Assembly: GCA_951406725.2 (NCBI GenBank)
Contig: OX597825.1
Coordinates: 53,630,001-53,694,000, forward strand
Reading direction: 5' to 3'
Length of the DNA: 64,000 nt
Source of the DNA: Octopus vulgaris
Lineage: Eukaryota
In this document: one piece after another, positions 56,720 to 64,000 of the stretch
How positions within the stretch are numbered: the stretch's first letter is position 1
How the letters are laid out: the number at the start of each line of letters is the position of its first letter
Notes under the pieces: model-generated
Told to the model about the DNA's origin: nothing
Seen by the model: only the letters and a program-made list of their open reading frames with translations
Databases searched by the model: none
Program-made: the position numbers and the translations under genes

Positions 56720-58622
56720 CATAAAGAAGTTCTTATGGCCTTCTACCATGCCATATATTTCCCCACAGATAAATATAATACTGTACAAACCTACTTAAAC
56801 TGGAGACAGAAACACCCTGAAGTAAAACCCTACATAGACAGTAACAAACTTGCCAACGTCAGAAAAAACATTATAAAACAATTACTGACTGAAGTAGAGA
56901 TTGACCAAATTATATACGCAGTAACATGCCCACAAGAAGCCTTCTTGGCAAGAGCGTATCCAACGACAAATTGAACTACTTAGGTCTGACATTGAATGTT
57001 TGAAAAACCTTAAGGTTGACAAGACTACCAAACATACAGAAACCCAAAAATTAAAGAAAAAATATGTGAAAACTATACTTGATATTGATGCCACCATAGA
57101 AACCATCAAGCAAAAGGTATCTGCTAAAGCTGCGAGGTATGAAAAGCATTTTAGATTCTTCAAGGACAGCAACATGTTCAAAAACAACCCCAAAAAGTTT
57201 TACAGGAAGATAGGAAAAACAACAGTTACTGTAAAATCTGTACCATCAAAAGAAGAAGTACAGGGATTTGGGAATAAAATTTGGACAGAAGAAAAAACAC
57301 ACAACGAAAAGGCCCCTTTGATTGATAGAATATCTACAGACTTGGACTCTTTAGAGGAGCAAAAGTGGGAGGGTGTCAAGGTAGAAGATATAAAATCTGC
57401 ACTCAGGAGGTCAAGCAAATGGAAGTCCCCAGCAAAGGATAAAATTCCTAACTTCTGGTTGAATGCCTCCCAGAGAGCCATGTACTGCTAACAGAACTGT
57501 ACAATGATGTTTTGCAACACTCTAGTAGGATGCCTCCTTGGCTAGTTATTGGTTTAACATTTCTGCTTCCAAAAGGTGAAGAAATAAATGAACCAAAAAA
57601 CTATAGACCCATAACCTGCTTAACAACTATGTATAAAACGCTAACATCTGTCCTGACGGAATATACCTATAGTTCTTTAATAGACAGCAGCATATTCCCT
57701 AATGAACAGAAAGGATGTAAACGTGGATCTTATGGTTGTAAAGATCAGCTACTCATCAATATGATCTTAGAAGATTGTCACAAACGACACAAAAACTTGA
57801 CAATAGCGTGGATAGACTATAAAAAAGCTTTTGACAGCCTAGCACATAGCTGGATTAAGAAATACTTGGAAATGTATAAAATAGCGCCTATTCTGCGAAA
57901 ATTTTTGTCTGTAAGTATGCGATCATCGAGAACCTCACTAACTTTGAACAGTGACAATGAAGCTCTAAATGCTGGTGATGTAAAAATTTCATGTGGCATT
58001 TTCCAGAGTGACTCACTATCACCACTCCTCTTTTGTTTAGCCTTAATACCTCTCTCAAAATTGCTCAATGACGCACTGTACGGATATAAAATGTTTGATA
58101 AAAATATAAATCCTCTCATTTACATGGATGATTTAAACTTCATTGCAAAAAATTACCAACAACTCAAGGGCTTACTAGCGATTGTTAAACAATTCAGTGA
58201 TGCCATCAGAATGCAATTTGGCCTCGATAAAGATCTTGAAATAGAAATCAGCAAAATGTGGAACTTGAAGACTAAAACAATACCTGTTGTCATAGGTGCC
58301 CTGGGAATGATAGCAAAAGAGGCTGATTGATACCTAACTCAGATACCAGGAAACTCCAAAATGGCAGAAATTCAAAAGATAGTGCTCATGGGAACTGCTC
58401 ATATCCTAAGCAAAATAATTTCTATGCAATCTCAAGTTTTAAAACAAACATAATTTCCGTATGGTTTTTTTAGACATTCACTAGTACAACACTATGTACA
58501 AAACCAAATATATTGCACACTAAGCATAACACCAACATGAACTTCTAAGTTGTTGTCTCTTGAGGTCTCTGGGTGAGACTTGCAGCCAACTTGTACAAAT
58601 GTAAAGCAAAATTCAAACATAG
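56720..58622 (+). mobile_element. R4/Dong-clade non-LTR retrotransposon, internally deleted pseudogene ending in (TAA)n
   Basis: ORFs 57000-57491 and 57512-58330: WKSP.KDKIPNFW, NYRPITCL, EQKGCKRGSYGCKDQLLIN, AWIDYKKAFDS, GIFQSDSLSPLLFCL, YMDD, then REL tail DLEIEISKMW..IPVVIGALG. Confidence 0.92.
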
Positions 58623-58639
58623 AATAATAATAATAATAT

Positions 58640-58677
<38 letters not shown>

Positions 58678-58791
58678 GTGATGACGACGACGATGACGAC
58701 GATGATGATGATGATGATGATGATGATGGTGATGACGACGACGATGACGATGACGATGACGACGACGACGTCGATGATGATGATGATGATG

Positions 58792-58841
<50 letters not shown>

Positions 58842-58842
<1 letters not shown>

Positions 58843-59371
58843 GCTGCTCTGATGCAGTACGAGGCTTTTCTTCTTAACTGACTGGAAGTGTCAGCATCTA
58901 CATTGTTAGGTCTTGATATGAAAGATGGGTTACAGCAAATATTGTGCTCAGTACCACAGATTTGCGTGTCAGTTTTTTTTACCTTAACCAGTTGAGCACG
59001 TCTTTGGTGGCTGACGATATGCGCATCTCTCATCACGAGCAGAAGTAGTGGGGGAGCATCATAGCCATGTGTTGAGAGGAATTATTTGGAGTTCATGGAA
59101 ACATGGGTGTTTCGTTCATCATCATTAAACAGCTTTTATTCAAGGACCGCTCGAGCGGGATGGACTATTCAACCTGAAGTAAATTTTAATTGGTCCCCAC
59201 TTACAAGGTCATGCGCTGATTATCTTGATATAAGATCACCATGTCATGCATATATGAGTGTGATGCATTAGCCTAGTGTACCCTTATCGGACGCGTAGTC
59301 ATGATGGGTATATTGGGCTTCGTATATATTACTCCCGTGTCATTTTGATGGCATGCACTATTCTCTCACTA
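58842..59371. mobile_element. Unclassified about 530-bp interspersed element flanked on both sides by (TAA)n
   Basis: GC-richer non-coding block between two pure TAA tracts. Confidence 0.45.
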
Positions 59372-59439
<68 letters not shown>

Positions 59440-59865
59440 GTGCTGCGTGTGTATAGCAGCAGCACCATCTCAGATGTGACAGTTATACGGTGTTTTTGAA
59501 TTCAATTGAGCCGTGGAGAATGTCAGTAGCTCTTGGAGACCTATGTGTCGTCTAATAAAGGATTTTAAAAAGTAGTGTGTATATAATTCTTAAATTAAGG
59601 CGTCTTCCCATATACGGCACTTTCTGTCAATCTACTCCAAGAAAAATAGAACACCAGATGTTTATAGTTGTTGTTCTTCCTCTGAAAAGCGAAATAGAGA
59701 CAGAAAAAACTTTAACCTATAGAAGAACGTCAGTTGTAATGTAATTGCCTGACAAACTATTCAGATTAATTTGAGAGCAATAAAGTGATCTGGTAGGAAA
59801 TTGTTAAGAAAAAATATGGCAGTCTTAGAGTACTTCGTTACACCTTGGTATATTTCTTCTTCAGA

Positions 59866-60207
<342 letters not shown>

Positions 60208-60934
60208 GAATATGTACTTACATATAAGGCCAACGATGGTACGGACGTCGCTATATATATTATTTTATGTAGAAAAATACAAACTGGGACAAGAACGTAA
60301 AACATTTAGAAGATGATACAAAAAACACGGACATTCGGCTGATTAATCTTGAGATCGTTCCGATCCGCCCAGCCCCAAGAAAAAACTAATCTACGAGCAT
60401 TAGATTTCTTGGAAGAAGGATCGAATGTATACGAAACAGGGACAGAAAAACGGACGATGCCACACGAATATAAAATACAAAAAACAATAATGGTAAAAAC
60501 AGGACAAAAACTGCGTGTGTCTTACGACTAATAAACAGTACAAGTTTAGCTGCCGCATTTTGAAAACATGCCTTTATCGGCAGACGAAGACAATAGATGT
60601 TCTCACGGCGCTGGTCGAAGGCCAAAAGGCTGATTTTGACCAGCCGTCACGTGACAGGAGAAAGAGAAAAGAAAGGGGGCAAAGGAAACAAAGAGAGAGA
60701 GAAAGGATTGAGGTACAAGGGGTGTTTAGAGCTGTGAGATATATTCTTACCTTGTGAAGATTAGCTTTCAAACTATGTTTCATTTATCAGCTGTTGTATC
60801 TCTTTATACTATTTGTATGAATGTATGTTTTTATCAGAAGTAATCTGCTTGTAAATTTGTGTTGCAACGCCTAATGAGAACAAGGAAACCTACACACTGG
60901 TTTTCTGACTATGTTTGAAATGAATACATACACA

Positions 60935-61029
<95 letters not shown>

Positions 61030-61036
61030 TTATACG

Positions 61037-61699
61037 TCTATAATAATAAATGGCAAGTTTGTGTGTTTATGAATTTGTTATTTTAATTCCTCCGAAACTA
61101 TCCAACAGACCTTGATGAAACTTGACGCGTGTGAGGGGCTTATGCCCATGCGGTCACTTACGCACTGTAAACTTTTTAAAAATCGATTTATAAACACCAT
61201 CGATTTTTAAAAGTCGTAAAAATTCAACATTTTCCGCACAAGCCACCGTGACATCAATTTGACGAAAAATGCCGGAATTTGACCAAAAATGTTTCATGGG
61301 TATAAATAGACAACTTATTAACGGCAATCTATTTAGCATAAGTTCATTCTTCATTTCAATGCAAATTGTTTGGATTTGCTGAGAATCATTATTTCAATAC
61401 GTTGTTTTAATTCCACAACGTTTCAGGTTCTGATTAGGTAAGACCATTTTATTTCTCAAGCAAAATTTAGGCATTTTGCGCACTAGCCGTCGTAACATCA
61501 ATTTCACGAAAACTGCCCCAAAGCGTAAAATTTCGCCATTTTACGCACATGCAGAAAAATGACGACGAAACGGGTTCGCTACCAGACTCTGCACATTTTT
61601 TCGTCAAGCTGGTCCTACCTATTAATATAGATTTAAAGTGTTTGAAAAATTCGAAATTTGACGGAAAATGTTTGATTTATTACCGTGTACTTCAACTAG
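61037..61699 (+). mobile_element. Non-autonomous Helitron-like element
   Basis: 5' TCTATAATAATAAATGGC..CTCCGAAACT..TTGATGAAACTT; 3' end ..GTACTTCAACTAG followed by T. Confidence 0.55.
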
Positions 61700-61874
61700 T
61701 GTTAACATATACATATATGTGTCTGCGTGTAAAGACATACTATAGAAATTTACATACTACAACAGATTATTACATCTTATAAATGAAGGCAGTATGATTA
61801 ATTCAATTCCGGAGTTGAAGCTATTATAACGTAGATCAATGTAATCTGGTATTGTTAATGGATCATGAGTGATA

Positions 61875-62316
61875 CATTATTTACTTTTGATGGATATTTG
61901 TCCTCATCTTTTTTGTAGTTAACACATCATTTCCGCTGATATACCTTCTAGCATTCATCAGGTGTCTTGGACTGGCTTCTCAGTCCTTAGGTATTTTTCG
62001 ATATTATTATTATTACTATTCAGGTCGCTGCCTGGAATCGAACTAGGAATCTTAGGGTTAGTAGCCCACGCTCTTAACCACTTCACCATATGCCCGTGGG
62101 CAATTTTTGAGTGAATCTTAATATTTTCCTATCCTTCCTTAATACCGGTTCCCATATGCTATTCGTATTTGCACTCGATCTGCATAGGAGGTTGTTGTGT
62201 CCTAGTATATATGCTGCTTGTTTTAGTTTTCGTATTTCCAGTGGTGTTCTCTGTCTATTATTTTAACTTCATCCCAAAGGAGGAGGAGGTCTCCATTTTT
62301 CCATATATGATCACTA
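61875..62316 (-). mobile_element. Penelope-like 3' end: GIY-YIG C-terminus, tRNA-like cassette, (TAA)n, HHR
   Basis: Minus translation SDHIWKNGD..LWDEVKIIDREHHWK/RKLKQAAYILGHNN..NSIWEPVL; tRNA-like 62022-62095; acac-CTGATGA..GAAA..gtgt at 61921-61966. Confidence 0.8.
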
Positions 62317-62332
62317 CCCCCCCCCCCTGTTA

Positions 62333-62735
62333 GATGAAGTTAAAATAATAGACACAGACCACCAGTGGAAATACGAAAACAAAAAGAAGCAGCCCATATA
62401 CTAGGACACAACAACCACCTAAGCAGACTGAGTGCAGTTACGAATAGCATATGGGAACCAGTATTAAGGAAGGATAGGAAAATATTAGATTTATAAGCGC
62501 TAAGATTCACTTCACAATTGCCCATGGGAATATGGTGTGGTGGTTAAGAGCGCGGGCTACTAACCCTAAGATTCCGAGTTCGATTCTATGCAGTGACCTG
62601 CGTAGTAATAATAATAAAAACACCCCCAAAATACCTTATGATGAAGGTTGGAAGGTATATCAGCCGAAACATTGTGTATACAACAAACTAGATGACAAAT
62701 ATCCGTCAAATGCACATAATTCATCATCTCTTAAA
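62333..62735 (+). mobile_element. Inverted second copy of the PLE-tRNA-HHR unit
   Basis: DEVKIIDTDHQWK/RKQKEAAHILGHNNHLSR..NSIWEPVLRKDRKILDL* (stop 62494-62496); tRNA-like 62526-62599; TGATGAAGGTTG..CAGCCGAAAC at 62639-62670. Confidence 0.8.
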
Positions 62736-63249
62736 TCTGGAACTATTATTTATTTATATAAAATAAAGTTAAAATGAATTTTTTTCTTTTCGTTTATTAT
62801 TAGGCATAATCACTTCGTCGTAGAGGAAATAGCTTTTATCGTGTGTTGACTTACATTCTTTCCCTGACGGTATATCTAACATAAACGGTGCAAAATATGT
62901 GTCAAAGTGATGGAAACATATTGGAATTCTCAGTTGATCAAGCTAACACCAACTAGTGTTTAAAAGGTCGTATTCATTTCGCACAGAGTTACAATATCAC
63001 AGCGATATATACAAGGCCGTCGTGTACTTCAGTGATGTGATCAATGAGCAGAATGTAGTGACAGAAACATGAGATAAAATGTATGACTTCTAGACTTCTA
63101 TAAAGGTGAAGTGACCCACAAAAACCAGTGATTCTTAAACAGTTGGCCGAATCCCTTTCATAATTCTCTAAGAACCATACTGTCGAAGACCTATACTATT
63201 TCTGTGAATTTTTCGATTTCAATAACCAAGCTTGAATTTACAAACACAT

Positions 63250-63294
<45 letters not shown>

Positions 63295-63680
63295 CATAGA
63301 AATAGAAACCGAGTTACAGAAAAATCAAAAGGATTTAATCATAGTTTATTTTTAGAAAAAAAACTCGATAAATGACGTATATAAGTTATCTACAAATACT
63401 TCAAAATATAAATTATTATATTTAGTCTTTTAGATTATGAATCATTTGATTTTAGTCAAAGTTTCATAACCAGAAATAGCACGAAACAAAACAATACATA
63501 CCATTCTTTTTCATATATTTCCTGTTCTAAACTCGACAACTCCAATATAACAACTAGTAAAACGTCGGCGTGAAGCGTTGCAACACATCACTTTCATATA
63601 GCAATGAACGTAGAATTTCTTCAACGTTATTTTATATTGAGAAAATTTTCCTATTCCACCAGGAAATGCAATATTATATA

Positions 63681-63862
63681 CGGCGAGCAGGCAAAATCGT
63701 TAACACGTCAGACAAAATGCTTCGCGGTTTTCGTCCGTTTTTACGTTCTAATTTAAAATTGCGCAGAGGTCGAGTTCGCATTTCATCATTTTGAGGTGGA
63801 TAAAATAAGTACCAGTGAAACTTTGGGGGTCGACGTAATCAACTTTTCCGCGACCCGTAAAA
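63681..63862 (+). mobile_element. MetaSINE/MESC-like SINE
   Basis: GGCGAGCAGGCAAAATCGTTAACAC head; GAGGTCGAG..TTTCATC..GATAAAATAAGTACCAG core. Confidence 0.65.
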
Positions 63863-64000
63863 ATTCTAGTGAATATGCTTAGTGAAGATTCTAAAATATG
63901 CGGCGTTTGGGGGTTGTATAAAATGTTCAACTATTGATTAGGTCATTAAATGGTATATGCATTTAAATTGCAAAGGAGACCAGTTTCAAAAATGCATTTG

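Noticed and set aside
60245-60730. Possible further PLE pLTR with hammerhead
   Set aside because: Repeat-like and TA-adjacent, but no complete core could be assembled.
62526-62599. Functional tRNA-Ser gene (also 62022-62095 and 11015-11090)
   Set aside because: Acceptor and T stems pair poorly, there is no long variable arm, and the copies are diverged and embedded in a repeat, so they are treated as a tRNA-derived cassette.

Overview
AT-rich, microsatellite-saturated eukaryotic non-coding DNA, intergenic or intronic. The SINE and repeat content suggests a cephalopod (Octopus-like) genome, which is an inference. No intact host protein-coding gene can be supported, and almost all listed ORFs are microsatellite translations. 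The window is a graveyard of mobile elements: CR1-type LINE fragments, two R4/Dong-type fragments abutting (TAA)n, an RTE 3' end, Tc1/maT, Tigger/pogo and mariner remnants, non-autonomous Helitrons, MITEs and at least four tRNA-derived SINE families. The most notable signal is a recurring set of Penelope-like element (PLE) termini carrying minimal type-I hammerhead ribozyme (HHR) motifs. They mostly occur as outward-facing fold-back (inverted) pairs in (TA)n or (TAA)n tracts. Their catalytic cores show natural covariation at the 3-8 pair: CUGAUGA, GUGAACA and AUGAAUA. One family has a tRNA-like Pol III cassette between the GIY-YIG ORF end and the ribozyme.
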